IMG/VR virus record: IMGVR_UViG_3300019776_000165
Location: 1-64,000 of that record
Length of the DNA: 64,000 nt
DNA from: a virus
Direction: 5' to 3' (one strand)
In this document: in pieces, positions 31,116 through 40,361 of the stretch
Layout of the letters: every line of letters starts with the position of its first letter
Numbering within the stretch: position 1 is the stretch's first letter
Notes under the pieces: generated by a model
Database searches by the model: none
What the model saw: the letters and a program-made list of their open reading frames with translations, nothing else
Told to the model about the DNA's origin: nothing
Made by a program: the position numbers and the translations under genes

Positions 31116-31575
31116 AAATAACATAGATTTTCACGAAGCCAGCGGTAACCGTGTTCTTCAGACATTTCGCACCGTTCATCCTGAAGGTAAGAACTCTGTG
31201 TACACCCGTCTCCCAGACAACCGTTGGGAGCGAGAGAAGACCGCAACTGGCGAGACTCACGCTCAAGACCACACAGTGTTTGTGCACCCAGACTATAAAG
31301 CAGGAATTAGTTGGGCAAACATGGAGGGCGGCGCAACTTTACTTAAAGGCGGAAAGATTCACCACGTTGCTGGGGTAAATGAGTCAGTTCCTAAGAACCA
31401 CCCAGACAGGTTGAGGATTGAGCCAGTTCCTGCTTCACACATCTCTTCTGAACCTAGAGAGGGTTGGACACCTGTAGAGTGGAGCACGGAAAACCGTCAA
31501 GGACGATTCCTAAGTTCTAGGCATGTGGGTCACCCAGTAGCGCCTATACAACATGGCGACTTCGTATCTCGTTAA
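31108..31575 (+). CDS. Hypothetical protein
   Basis: AAGGAG RBS; N-terminus similar to the GNAT protein. Confidence 0.65.
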   Translation: MTRNNIDFHEASGNRVLQTFRTVHPEGKNSVYTRLPDNRWEREKTATGETHAQDHTVFVHPDYKAGISWANMEGGATLLKGGKIHHVAGVNESVPKNHPDRLRIEPVPASHISSEPREGWTPVEWSTENRQGRFLSSRHVGHPVAPIQHGDFVSR

Positions 31576-31577
31576 TC

Positions 31578-31706
31578 TGTTATACTGAAATTAGACATGC
31601 CAATCGGGTGTCTGTAAGAAATACTGTGCTACGGGCAGTGTAAAAACGGTAGTGTAACTACTGTAAAAATGGTATCGTAGCACAGTTGTCGTCTAAGGAG
31701 ACAACA
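31578..31706 (+). promoter_or_regulatory. Extended -10 promoter and structured 5' UTR of hsp20
   Basis: TGTTATACT; three hairpins, the last pairing part of AAGGAG. Confidence 0.6.
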
Positions 31707-32225
31707 ATGGATACAAACTACCACCCCACTGACCCTCATGAGAAGTACAAGAAAAGGTACCCTAACTCTATTGAGGTTGACACGTGGAAGACCCCTCCGC
31801 AGGTTCAGAAGACCCTAACTATTGCGGACCTATTTCCTCGTCTAGACCGCCTATCTATCGGCTGGTCCCCACTCCTTGACCAACTCAAGGAAGTAACTAA
31901 CAACAAGCCCTCTTATCCTCCATACGACATTGTGTCGTTGAAGGATGACGTCAACCTGCTCAATGTGGCTGTTGCTGGTTTCACTAAGAAGGAACTCAAA
32001 GTATCCATTCAGGATTCCGTCCTAACCATTGAAGGTAAGCGGGCAATCAAGCAAACTGGTGAACTTCTTTACCAAGGCATTGCTGCTCGTGATTTCAAGT
32101 TAGAGTTGGCTGTCGCTGAGTACTGGGAAATTACTAATGCTCAGTTGGAGAATGGTATGCTTACCATTCAGTTCAACAAAGAACTTCCTGAAGAAAAGAA
32201 GCCAAAGGTTATTGACATCAAGTAA
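31707..32225 (+). CDS. Small heat shock protein (Hsp20/alpha-crystallin)
   Basis: SYPPYDI, AVAGF, YQGIAARDF, AQLENGMLTI, PEEKKPKVIDI. Confidence 0.93.
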   Translation: MDTNYHPTDPHEKYKKRYPNSIEVDTWKTPPQVQKTLTIADLFPRLDRLSIGWSPLLDQLKEVTNNKPSYPPYDIVSLKDDVNLLNVAVAGFTKKELKVSIQDSVLTIEGKRAIKQTGELLYQGIAARDFKLELAVAEYWEITNAQLENGMLTIQFNKELPEEKKPKVIDIK

Positions 32226-32417
32226 AGATGTGATAATCTTTTTCTTACTAAGGGTTAATCGCCTTAGTCGGAAAGTTGGCAACCGTAATAAGCCAAACGC
32301 TGTCCAGGCAGAGTGAACAATCTGGCGTGAGGAGTTCTACGAGAAAACTCGGAGTTAGTCACTCGGCTTAGGGAACGACTCACGGGGCACCAGCCTGATT
32401 AGTTGGGTGCCCCACTT

Positions 32418-32490
32418 TGACCTATGGCGCAATTGGCAGCGCAAGGAACTGTTAATTCCGAGGTTCTTGGTTCGAGTCCAAGTAGGTCAG
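32418..32490 (+). tRNA. tRNA-Asn(GTT)
   Basis: TGACCTA/TAGGTCA acceptor, CT-GTT-AA loop, GGTTCGAGTCC; CCA not encoded. Confidence 0.9.
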
Positions 32491-32685
32491 CAAACAGAAT
32501 CTCGACGGAGAGTCTGGAGCATGGCTGAACGAAGCCCCTTGTCTAGATGGGGTGAGAAAGGCACACGGTTGGGATTAGCGTCCCCGCTCTTAGCGGAGCA
32601 CGGCTGTGGTAGGACTAAGGCGGTACTATAATGTGGTATCTAGACTTCTCCTTGGTGGTAATAGACAACCCACCTGCTCACCTTT

Positions 32686-32757
32686 GCCTCTATAGTTAAA
32701 CGGCTATAACCACGCTCTTGTAAAGCGTAATTGAGGGTTCGATTCCTTCTAGGGGCT
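32686..32757 (+). tRNA. tRNA-Thr(TGT)
   Basis: GCCTCTA/TAGGGGC acceptor, ACGCT-CTTGTAA-AGCGT, GGTTCGATTCC; CCA not encoded. Confidence 0.9.
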
Positions 32758-32773
32758 CGGAAAGGAGCACAAC

Positions 32774-33061
32774 ATGACTACCATGCAAAACTTAAAGCGT
32801 AAACTAGCCGCTTCAGAAAGTCGTTGGGAAGCAGTTCAACTTACTGCTGCTAATGCACAGCATGAACTTGACTACGCTGTGGCAATCTTTGAGAAGCACA
32901 AAGAAGAGTTGTCTACTGAAGAGTTGCAATCGACTATGGCTCAGATTGACGAGCAGAAGAATAAAATCAAAAACTATTTGTTGAATGGACGTCAGGTTTT
33001 CACTCAAGACAGCCTGCGTCTAAACGGCGCTATAAGCCGTTTGGAGGAGAAGAATGCCTAG
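32774..33061 (+). CDS. Coiled-coil hypothetical protein
   Basis: AAGGAG RBS, 95 aa. Confidence 0.65.
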   Translation: MTTMQNLKRKLAASESRWEAVQLTAANAQHELDYAVAIFEKHKEELSTEELQSTMAQIDEQKNKIKNYLLNGRQVFTQDSLRLNGAISRLEEKNA

Positions 33062-33224
33062 TTACGCCTATCGATGCCCAAAGTGTCTTGACGTCCAGAT
33101 TATAGCCCATTCCATGGCTGATACGCCCACTGTCCTGTGCGCTGCTTGCAGTGTAAGTCGTGTTAAAGTCCCTCAGACTGTTGGAGTTGCCTTCAAAGGT
33201 GGCGGCTGGGGCAAAGATAGTTAA
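33054..33224 (+). CDS. FmdB-like zinc ribbon protein (not in ORF track)
   Basis: MPSYAYRCPKC...CAAC...FKGGGW. Confidence 0.8.
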   Translation: MPSYAYRCPKCLDVQIIAHSMADTPTVLCAACSVSRVKVPQTVGVAFKGGGWGKDS

Positions 33225-33244
33225 TTTTTAGTTAGCAACTGGAG

Positions 33245-33272
33245 ACCCTAGTACTTATGTGCTAGGGTTTTT
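33245..33272 (+). terminator. Intrinsic terminator
   Basis: ACCCTAGTAC-TTAT-GTGCTAGGGT plus T-run. Confidence 0.75.
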
Positions 33273-33346
33273 CTTACAACTGAATAGAGAGCAACACTTT
33301 AACAATAAACGACCAAGTACTCACGCAAGGAAAGGTAGGTCGCTAA

Positions 33347-33916
33347 ATGAAGAAGTTCATTGCAATTAGTGCCGTTGCACTAGTAATGACAGGCTGCGGT
33401 TCAACATCGGCTGCAGCACACGAAAGAACTAGTGCAGTAGTTCTCCAGCCACAGACCGTGGCTGTTTCTTTTCTGAACAACCTAGAGGCGAAGCAACAAA
33501 GTTTTCTTCGAACCATGGAACTTCAGCAGGGAAGCAACAAGATAGAGAAGGTAATCAATAACCTAAAACCACACATCAACAAAACTTGGTATGTGTTTTC
33601 AGGGGCCAGCCCTAATGGTTGGGACTGTTCAGGTATGACAATGTGGGCTTACTCCCAAATTGGAATTAATCTTGAGCATCGAGCATCAAAACAGCAAAAC
33701 GCTGGAATACAGGTGAAGTCTCCTAAGCGTGGAGACATCGTAGTATTCACCTATAAGGGAAGCAAGTCTGCTTATCACGTAGGCATTTACGTTTCCCCCG
33801 ATAAAATGATTCATGCTGGTGGTGGAAGAGGCGAACACACAAGTGTCGTTTCCATCAGCAAGTTCGCTGGCAAATACAGCAAAGTCACTTATCGTAGACT
33901 TCTCGAATCTTTGTGA
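33347..33916 (+). CDS. NlpC/P60 lipoprotein peptidase
   Basis: Signal peptide with lipobox MTGC; GWDCSG, HVGIY, MIHA. Confidence 0.9.
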   Translation: MKKFIAISAVALVMTGCGSTSAAAHERTSAVVLQPQTVAVSFLNNLEAKQQSFLRTMELQQGSNKIEKVINNLKPHINKTWYVFSGASPNGWDCSGMTMWAYSQIGINLEHRASKQQNAGIQVKSPKRGDIVVFTYKGSKSAYHVGIYVSPDKMIHAGGGRGEHTSVVSISKFAGKYSKVTYRRLLESL

Positions 33917-33933
33917 TAAACTAATAAAGTAAA

Positions 33934-33977
33934 AACTCCCCCGCTGGCATTCGCTGGTGGGGGAGTTGTCTTTTTTG
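33934..33977 (+). terminator. Intrinsic terminator
   Basis: AACTCCCCCGCTGGC...GCTGGTGGGGGAGTT followed by T-run. Confidence 0.75.
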
Positions 33978-33993
33978 TGTTAGGATTTCTGGC

Positions 33994-34686
33994 ATGGATA
34001 TTCAATTTCGTTCAGATATGACCGTAGAACTAATCGACTCAATGGGAGGTGACTACAGTGTTGTTCGGAGTGCTCGTGTTAGTAGCGGTAGTGTTGCTAA
34101 TGATTCATCTAGCGACGTGGGGCTAATCAACTACCTCATGCGTGACCGTCACGGCTCGCCATTTGAGCACGCTGTGTTTACTTTCCGTATTGAAGCCCCA
34201 CTATTTGTATTCAGGGAGTTTCAGCGTCATCGTATGGCTTCCTACAATGAGGAGTCTGGCCGTTACAAGGAACTAGAGCCTGTGTTCTATGTCCCAAATG
34301 GGGACCGTAACCTAATTCAGATTGGCAAACCTGGTGCTTACACATTTGAACCAGGAAGTGAATACCAGCAAAAACTTACTATTGACTTACTTAAACAAAC
34401 TGCTAGGGGAAGTTACAATGTGTACTTCAACTTGCTAGGTGCTGGGGTAGCCCGTGAAGTGTCCCGAATGGCATTGCCTCTAAACATCTACAGTTCAATG
34501 TATGTAACTATGAACGCTCGTTCTCTAATGAACTTCTTGTCGCTTCGCAGCGACGAGCAGGGAACTTATCCGTCGTTTCCACAGGCTGAGATTGCTTGGG
34601 TGGCTAGGGACATGGAACTTATATTCAGTGAGAAAATGCCTCACACTCACATGTCGTTTGTAAAGAATGGGCGAGTAGCCCCTTAG
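33994..34686 (+). CDS. thyX: Flavin-dependent thymidylate synthase
   Basis: HGSPFEH, RHR-x7-S (RHRMASYNEESGRY), EVSR, NFLSLR, QAEI. Confidence 0.95.
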   Translation: MDIQFRSDMTVELIDSMGGDYSVVRSARVSSGSVANDSSSDVGLINYLMRDRHGSPFEHAVFTFRIEAPLFVFREFQRHRMASYNEESGRYKELEPVFYVPNGDRNLIQIGKPGAYTFEPGSEYQQKLTIDLLKQTARGSYNVYFNLLGAGVAREVSRMALPLNIYSSMYVTMNARSLMNFLSLRSDEQGTYPSFPQAEIAWVARDMELIFSEKMPHTHMSFVKNGRVAP

Positions 34687-34760
34687 TGGCTCCCCGCCAA
34701 GGATTCGAACCTCGATAACCAGGACCAAAACCTGGGGTCTTGCCGTTAGACGAACGGGGA
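34687..34760 (-). tRNA. tRNA-Gln(TTG)
   Basis: TCCCCGT acceptor, CCAGG-TTTTGGT-CCTGG, GGTTCGAATCC, encoded CCA; TGATAGGCT extended -10 upstream. Confidence 0.92.
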
Positions 34761-35372
34761 ATGTTTGGCCAGCCTATCACAGTTTATTTTGCGATACTAG
34801 ATGCGTACACATGAACTAACTTTAAGGCAGAGACTGACATATGCTATCTAACGTTGAATTTGGGCGGGGAATGAGCCAAGGCTCTTCTACCGATTCAAAG
34901 CAATGGACAGACAATAACGCTGCCTACAGTCGCTCAGGTTCTGTGGCAGAAGACCCCCGCTACGATGGGGCAAGTTCAGACAACATGAAGTTTGACGGAG
35001 ATAAGAGCGGTTCTGGCAATAACCCCAACATTGGGAAGATTGGATGGGGCTCGTGAGTGCTCCTCTTTCAGGCCAGTTTAATCAGGACATCAATCAGGCT
35101 ACGGGCTATTTTGGTGGCCCTCGTAGGCAGATAGCCCCTCGTGGAGTTATTGGCATTCCACAAGACGGACCAGTCTACGCTGGGTCCGCAGGAATTTATT
35201 GGAACCAGATGCCCGCATTTATCGCAGGTATTTCTGACTACTCAGGACTAAGCACAGAGACAGGCGTCCCTATGGGTACCCCCGATGTGCAGAACGAGGC
35301 AAAAGTTGGTGGAGGACCCGCACAAGCGGAAGTCCCTGACTACGGCGGTACAGCCGCTTACTAAGGAGAGAT

Positions 35373-36248
35373 TTGAAGACACTGCGGATAATCGCAGTAC
35401 TAATCGTCGTAATATTCCTTGCATTTGCACCGCTACTAGCCGTAATACCAGCCCTTGCTAATGAGACCGTAAACGGTTCTGCCTGGGAAAATGAAACCCT
35501 TTCATTGACAGCCCCCGAAGGCTATTACTTCAGCGGGGTTGAGTCGTCGTACTATGGCAACCCTCATACTGACCAAGCCATTGGTTGCTCCGCAACTGAC
35601 CCCGCTCCAGTCTTTGCTGCTTTTGTTGGAAAGACATCGGGAAGCATTGTGGCTAGTAATGGCGTATTTGGTGACCCATGCCCTGGAGTCTACAAGATTC
35701 TTACTGTGGCATTGTTTATTCAGCCTGTGGCAACTCCCACACCAACCCCTACTAGGCCAGTCAGGCCTCGACCTACTCACACCTCAACGTGGACTCCTAA
35801 GCCTACCGTGGAACCAAGTGCAACACCTACAGAAAGTGCAACACCTGAGCCTACGGTAACTCCTTCCCCAACCCCAAGTGCAACGGAGGAACCGACAGTT
35901 GAACCAACACCCACTCCCACTACACCTACGCAAGAGCCAACATCTACACTTACGCCGACCAAGAAACCTACTTCAATCCCAAGTCAGGCGTTCACCCCAA
36001 CGCCAGTCACTCCAGAGCCGAGCAGTAGCCCCGAAGTTACTCCCGTAGAACCAACTCCGACACCAACTGTTGAGGCTCCAACAGAAGAAGTGCTGCCTAT
36101 TTTGGCAGTGGCTGATGCTTTGAACAACATCGGTAAAGACATGTCCCCAGAAGTACGCAAACGGGCTCAGAAAGAAGTAATCGCTGCCGTGATTGTCACA
36201 CAGGTAGCCCAAACAGCAGTCGCAGCAGCGGCTAGAAGAAGGAAATAA
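35373..36248 (+). CDS. Exported/membrane protein with SUEL-type lectin-like domain and Pro/Thr stalk
   Basis: N-terminal hydrophobic helix; YGNP...GC...ASNGVFGDPCPGVYKIL; long PT/EPT tract. Confidence 0.65.
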   Translation: MKTLRIIAVLIVVIFLAFAPLLAVIPALANETVNGSAWENETLSLTAPEGYYFSGVESSYYGNPHTDQAIGCSATDPAPVFAAFVGKTSGSIVASNGVFGDPCPGVYKILTVALFIQPVATPTPTPTRPVRPRPTHTSTWTPKPTVEPSATPTESATPEPTVTPSPTPSATEEPTVEPTPTPTTPTQEPTSTLTPTKKPTSIPSQAFTPTPVTPEPSSSPEVTPVEPTPTPTVEAPTEEVLPILAVADALNNIGKDMSPEVRKRAQKEVIAAVIVTQVAQTAVAAAARRRK

Positions 36249-36409
36249 TGAAGATTCTAAAAGACCTGCTGGACCAGGCTTGGACACTACTAGGTATGTT
36301 CATTGCTTGGCTAGTCCTAGAAGGCTCTGCTCGCACAGTAGTTGGCTGGGGAATCCTGCTAACTATTGGTGTATGGGTAGCAACGTTCCCACTAAGAAAT
36401 AAGGAATAA
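36248..36409 (+). CDS. 53-aa two-TM membrane protein (not in ORF track)
   Basis: MKILKDLLDQAWTLLGMFIAWLVLEGSARTVVGWGILLTIGVWVATFPLRNKE. Confidence 0.75.
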   Translation: MKILKDLLDQAWTLLGMFIAWLVLEGSARTVVGWGILLTIGVWVATFPLRNKE

Positions 36410-36411
36410 AT

Positions 36412-36960
36412 ATGGCAAAGGAAGTAGTAATCCGCAATTGGCGTATGCCTCTTGACGGCAAGTTCAAGTATGGCCCTCTGTTTGGCGTCAAGGACTCTTG
36501 GCACCCAAATGGTCACCGTGGCACCGACTACAACGGCTTTAAGGCTGGAGAGCCACTGCTTGCAGTTGCTGACGGCACTATTGCCCTAGTTAAGTTCAGC
36601 AAGGTTCTTGGCAACATTGTTGTACTTCAGGTTGGTGGCAAGTTCTTTGGTTACTGTCACATGCAGAAGCCTTCGAAGTTGAAGGTAGGAGCCAAGGTCA
36701 AGTCTGGTGACGTAGTTGGTTACGCAGGAACAACTGGTTCTGCCTCAAGCGGTGTTCACCTTCATTTCACTCTTGGCGAGGATGTAAACGCAGTAATCGG
36801 CGGTAAGGTATACGACGCCGACGCCTTCCTCAAGAAGAAGATTGCCGAAGAAAAGGCACTCAAGAAGGAGACTGCTCTGCCAGTAGTTTCTGAGCCAGTA
36901 GCCCCGAAGGCAGTAGAACCAAAAAACACATGCCCACATTGCAACAAGGAGATTCAGTAA
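36412..36960 (+). CDS. M23 peptidase, probable endolysin
   Basis: HRGTD, YCHM, GTTG.SSGVHLHF. Confidence 0.88.
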   Translation: MAKEVVIRNWRMPLDGKFKYGPLFGVKDSWHPNGHRGTDYNGFKAGEPLLAVADGTIALVKFSKVLGNIVVLQVGGKFFGYCHMQKPSKLKVGAKVKSGDVVGYAGTTGSASSGVHLHFTLGEDVNAVIGGKVYDADAFLKKKIAEEKALKKETALPVVSEPVAPKAVEPKNTCPHCNKEIQ

Positions 36961-37304
36961 TGAAGAAACTAAAGAACCTACTACTACGCTCACTGGGCGT
37001 AATCCTATTTTCGTTTATTCCAGGTATGGCTGTTGGTGCTCCAACAGTTGGTTGGCTACTAGGTGGAATCACTGGTGTGCTAACTGTTTTCTCGTCCATT
37101 GTTATCTACTTTGGCGTACAATTGGCCTGGGACGCCCACATTTCAGATGAAGACATCGAAAAGGGTTTTCGTGCAGCCGTTGCAAAGCAGGCAAGCGAAA
37201 GCAAGGAAGTAGCCGAAGCCGTAAAGACTTCTGCTACTGATTCTGCAGACCTAGATGAATTTGGCGACCTATCCGACTTAGCAGACGACGACGAAGAAGT
37301 ATAA
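36960..37304 (+). CDS. Probable holin
   Basis: Two TM segments, acidic tail, coupled to M23 gene. Confidence 0.6.
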   Translation: MKKLKNLLLRSLGVILFSFIPGMAVGAPTVGWLLGGITGVLTVFSSIVIYFGVQLAWDAHISDEDIEKGFRAAVAKQASESKEVAEAVKTSATDSADLDEFGDLSDLADDDEEV

Positions 37305-37716
37305 ATGATTGAAAGAAAGCCTCTGGCACCAAACAACCGTTCAGTATCTAAACTGAAGCAGGAGTTTGCTGTGTCAGAGGTTTTTCACATCAGGTACCCA
37401 AAGAATGGCGAGCGCCAGTCCGTGTTCAGTTACGCTAGGGCAGGTCGTCAAAATTCAGAGGGATTTGGTGGAGGACGCTTAATAGGTAAGTAGCCCACCC
37501 TGCAATGGTGGCAGTCCACCCAAACACCCTGAGATTGCGGGCAAGTTTATCTTTCGAGCCTTGGGCCAGCCAAGATAAAAACAACATAAAAAGAGTGCTG
37601 AGCACTAAAAACGCTGCTATTAAAGTTTTGAACATGGCAAGAGCATACCATGCGAAACCTGCTATGTATACGAGACACTTGTATAAGTAAAGGCAAAGCA
37701 CTATAAGGAGCCCTAC

Positions 37717-38100
37717 GTGGACTGGATGATTGTTCAAACGACTGCTGTGATTGTAAGCATAGTCGTTGGAGGTTTGACCATTCTAGGTTTCCTGTTGAGC
37801 GTTTGGCGCAAGATTAGTCTTTGGAGTCAAAACTGGGACCTCTTTATGGAGGATTGGCGTGGGGCAGAGGAGCGTGCTGGAAGAGACGCTGTGCCTGGTG
37901 TTATGGAGCGTCTAAACCGTATTGACGGAGAACTCAAGCACAATAGCGGTTCCAGTATGAAGGATGCGTTGAAGCGCATTGAAGCCAAAGTAGACCGCTT
38001 AGACGAGCGGATTGAAAAGGGCGATAAAAGGTTTAAAGACGGGGAACTGCGCTTTGAGGCTATTGAACTTGAAGTGAAGAAGATAAAGGAAAAGAACTAA
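37717..38100 (+). CDS. Membrane-anchored coiled-coil protein
   Basis: N-terminal TM; ELKHNSGSSMKD. Confidence 0.65.
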   Translation: MDWMIVQTTAVIVSIVVGGLTILGFLLSVWRKISLWSQNWDLFMEDWRGAEERAGRDAVPGVMERLNRIDGELKHNSGSSMKDALKRIEAKVDRLDERIEKGDKRFKDGELRFEAIELEVKKIKEKN

Positions 38101-38723
38101 TGCCAGGACGCAGTTATCTGCCCACTCAGGGCGTAAGCATGATGCAGTTCCAGCCCTACAACCTAGGTAAAAAGGTTGGTGAGGGCATTAAGAAGGGCGT
38201 TACCCTAGGTGCCGAGTATGGCAAGGCTGTGTCCACTGAAAAGGCTGCTGCAGCCCGTAAGTTGGCTAAGCAGAAGATTGCTGAAAAGAAAGCACTTCCT
38301 ACTAAAACTCAAATCTCCTTTGGCCCTACTCTTCCTGTTAGTCCTGGAAAAATGCCTGCTCCAGTTAACCGTGGTAAAGATGCAGGTAAGTTTGAATCCA
38401 ACCCAGCCTATGGTAAGTGGAAGGGCGATGCCCGCAAGTTTAACTCTGGCATGTCTATGCAGCGTGTAGTTCAGGGCCACTCCGCTGACTTGGGAGATTC
38501 TGCTACAAAGATTCCTGGAAAGACTCCTCCTCCAAAACTAAGCAGGAGCAAAGCAAGTCAGACTAAGGCTATGAACGAGGCTCAGCGTATTGAGGGCGTA
38601 AGAAACACCAACATTCAGGCAAACCAGCAGCGTCAGGCATTTCAACAGAAGTGGCACCACCGTTCTGGTGGGGCTGCTCCATCAGGCCTTGCATCGGATT
38701 CGGCCAGAATCCATCACCTATAG
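38100..38723 (+). CDS. Basic hypothetical protein
   Basis: TAATG-coupled, Lys-rich. Confidence 0.65.
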   Translation: MPGRSYLPTQGVSMMQFQPYNLGKKVGEGIKKGVTLGAEYGKAVSTEKAAAARKLAKQKIAEKKALPTKTQISFGPTLPVSPGKMPAPVNRGKDAGKFESNPAYGKWKGDARKFNSGMSMQRVVQGHSADLGDSATKIPGKTPPPKLSRSKASQTKAMNEAQRIEGVRNTNIQANQQRQAFQQKWHHRSGGAAPSGLASDSARIHHL

Positions 38724-39258
38724 ATTTAGCATTACAAATCTGCCTTTTTAAGGCAGTCTGTTATTAAGGTTTAAGGAGTTAACCATGGCGAAATGCGCTA
38801 ACTGTGTATCGGAATCACTATACGTGTACCAAATTACTGCTGGCTACTCGATTGAGTACTGTCAGCGACACTTGCCTAAATCGCTTTACTCGCTGCGTAA
38901 CAGTGGCGGCTTGTCAAAGCCAAAGGTGGAAGTTGCTGCCCCTGTGGTCGAGGCTCCTGTAAAGAAGGCTAAGAAGACCGTAGTAGAAGAGCCTGTAGTA
39001 GAGACCCCAGTGGTAGAGGACGATGCCACTAGTTAGAAAGTTTGCGGTTCAAGGTCACGCTGTACCTCATGGGTACACTAGGCCCCTAGGACCGTTTCCA
39101 CCAGAGGTGCTGGCTCAGCCTAGGGTGGTTTATGAACATGAGCACCAGGACTCCTTACACGAAGCACTAGACGATGTCCGTATGTTCCGATGCAGGGATT
39201 GCGGAAACATCTTGTACGAAGATGAACTTATTATGCACGTGTGTGAGGAAGAAGAATA

Positions 39259-39660
39259 ATGACCAATCCAGTTGATGACCTAGGAAACGTACGTGTCGAC
39301 TTTGCATGGGGTAACCTCCCTTTGCAGCCAGACGACCAGCGTGGCGAAGACATCCTAGACCCAGAACTAGACAACCACATCATTGCTACCTCTGGTTACC
39401 AGGGTTTCCCTGCGTTTATCACTGGTGGCGTATTTGATGACACTATCGCAAACGCCGTAGTTCCTAACCTAGTTGGGCTGAACCTTATTGGTGTAGGCAA
39501 CGCCCTTACTGCTGCGGGCCTAGTTGGTAGCAACACCAACTCTAGTGTTGGCGCTACTGCTGAGAACAACGGCCTAGTGAAGAGCCAGGCGACTGCTGCT
39601 GGAACCACTGTAAACGTAGGCACCACTATTAACTACGTTACTTACCTGTACACAGCGTAA
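39259..39660 (+). CDS. PASTA-domain protein
   Basis: VVPNLVGL...ALTAAGL...VKSQ..AAGTTV..GTTI. Confidence 0.75.
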   Translation: MTNPVDDLGNVRVDFAWGNLPLQPDDQRGEDILDPELDNHIIATSGYQGFPAFITGGVFDDTIANAVVPNLVGLNLIGVGNALTAAGLVGSNTNSSVGATAENNGLVKSQATAAGTTVNVGTTINYVTYLYTA

Positions 39661-39715
39661 GAATTTCCCCAGTGCACGGGGATTAGCAACAAAACACTCT
39701 AGAGAAAGAAAAACT

Positions 39716-40348
39716 ATGACATACCCAACAGATGACGCAGGCAACGTACAGGTTGACTTCGTTTGGGGAAACTTTCCCCTACAACCAAACCAGGACCGTG
39801 GCCTAAACACCCTAGACTACAGCCTAGACAACCACGTAATCGCTGACATTGGCTGGTCTAACTATCCTTCATTTATTCCTAACTACGCAGGTGACGAAGA
39901 CGCTGACCTTGAGGTTGTAGTTCCAACCCTTCGTGGCCTTGCCAGAGTAGCCGCTCAGACAGCCCTTACAGACCTAGGCCTAGTACCTGATGTACAGTAT
40001 TACCCAAACTTCGGTGAAATCACCAATGTTGTAAGTTCTGGTAAGACTATTACTATTACTACATCTACTGCTTGGGGCGATGACCTTCGTCCTGGTGATG
40101 TGGTCAGCGTTTACTACAACGACGGAGACGCAATCAGCGGTACTTGGTCAAACGTTAAGTTGCTGACAATTGATGGCTACACCATTACCTTCAAGGTGGC
40201 AACAGCCCCATCGCCTGCCCTTGACTTTGCAACTACTAACAGTTACATGTTCAACAATGACAACAACGTAGTTTACGCAGACCCTGTTGCGGGAACCATT
40301 GTCAACGCTGGTAGCACAGTAGTTCTATGGTGCATGAGTGGTGACTAA
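39716..40348 (+). CDS. Paralogous PASTA-like protein with inserted domain
   Basis: Shares DDxGNVxVDFxWGNxPLQP N-terminus; split VVPTLRGL ... DPVAGTIV. Confidence 0.7.
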   Translation: MTYPTDDAGNVQVDFVWGNFPLQPNQDRGLNTLDYSLDNHVIADIGWSNYPSFIPNYAGDEDADLEVVVPTLRGLARVAAQTALTDLGLVPDVQYYPNFGEITNVVSSGKTITITTSTAWGDDLRPGDVVSVYYNDGDAISGTWSNVKLLTIDGYTITFKVATAPSPALDFATTNSYMFNNDNNVVYADPVAGTIVNAGSTVVLWCMSGD

Positions 40349-40361
40349 TTAACCAAGTAAG

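Noticed and set aside
32268-32372. RNase P RNA (GGAAAGT ... CGGCTTA resemblance)
   Set aside because: The P4-like pairing is poor and there is no closing P1 helix
32507-32555. tRNA-Ser-like start GGAGAG...TGGCTGAACG, possible amber suppressor
   Set aside because: No T-arm or acceptor at tRNA spacing; TAG is used as a normal stop in clear genes such as thyX
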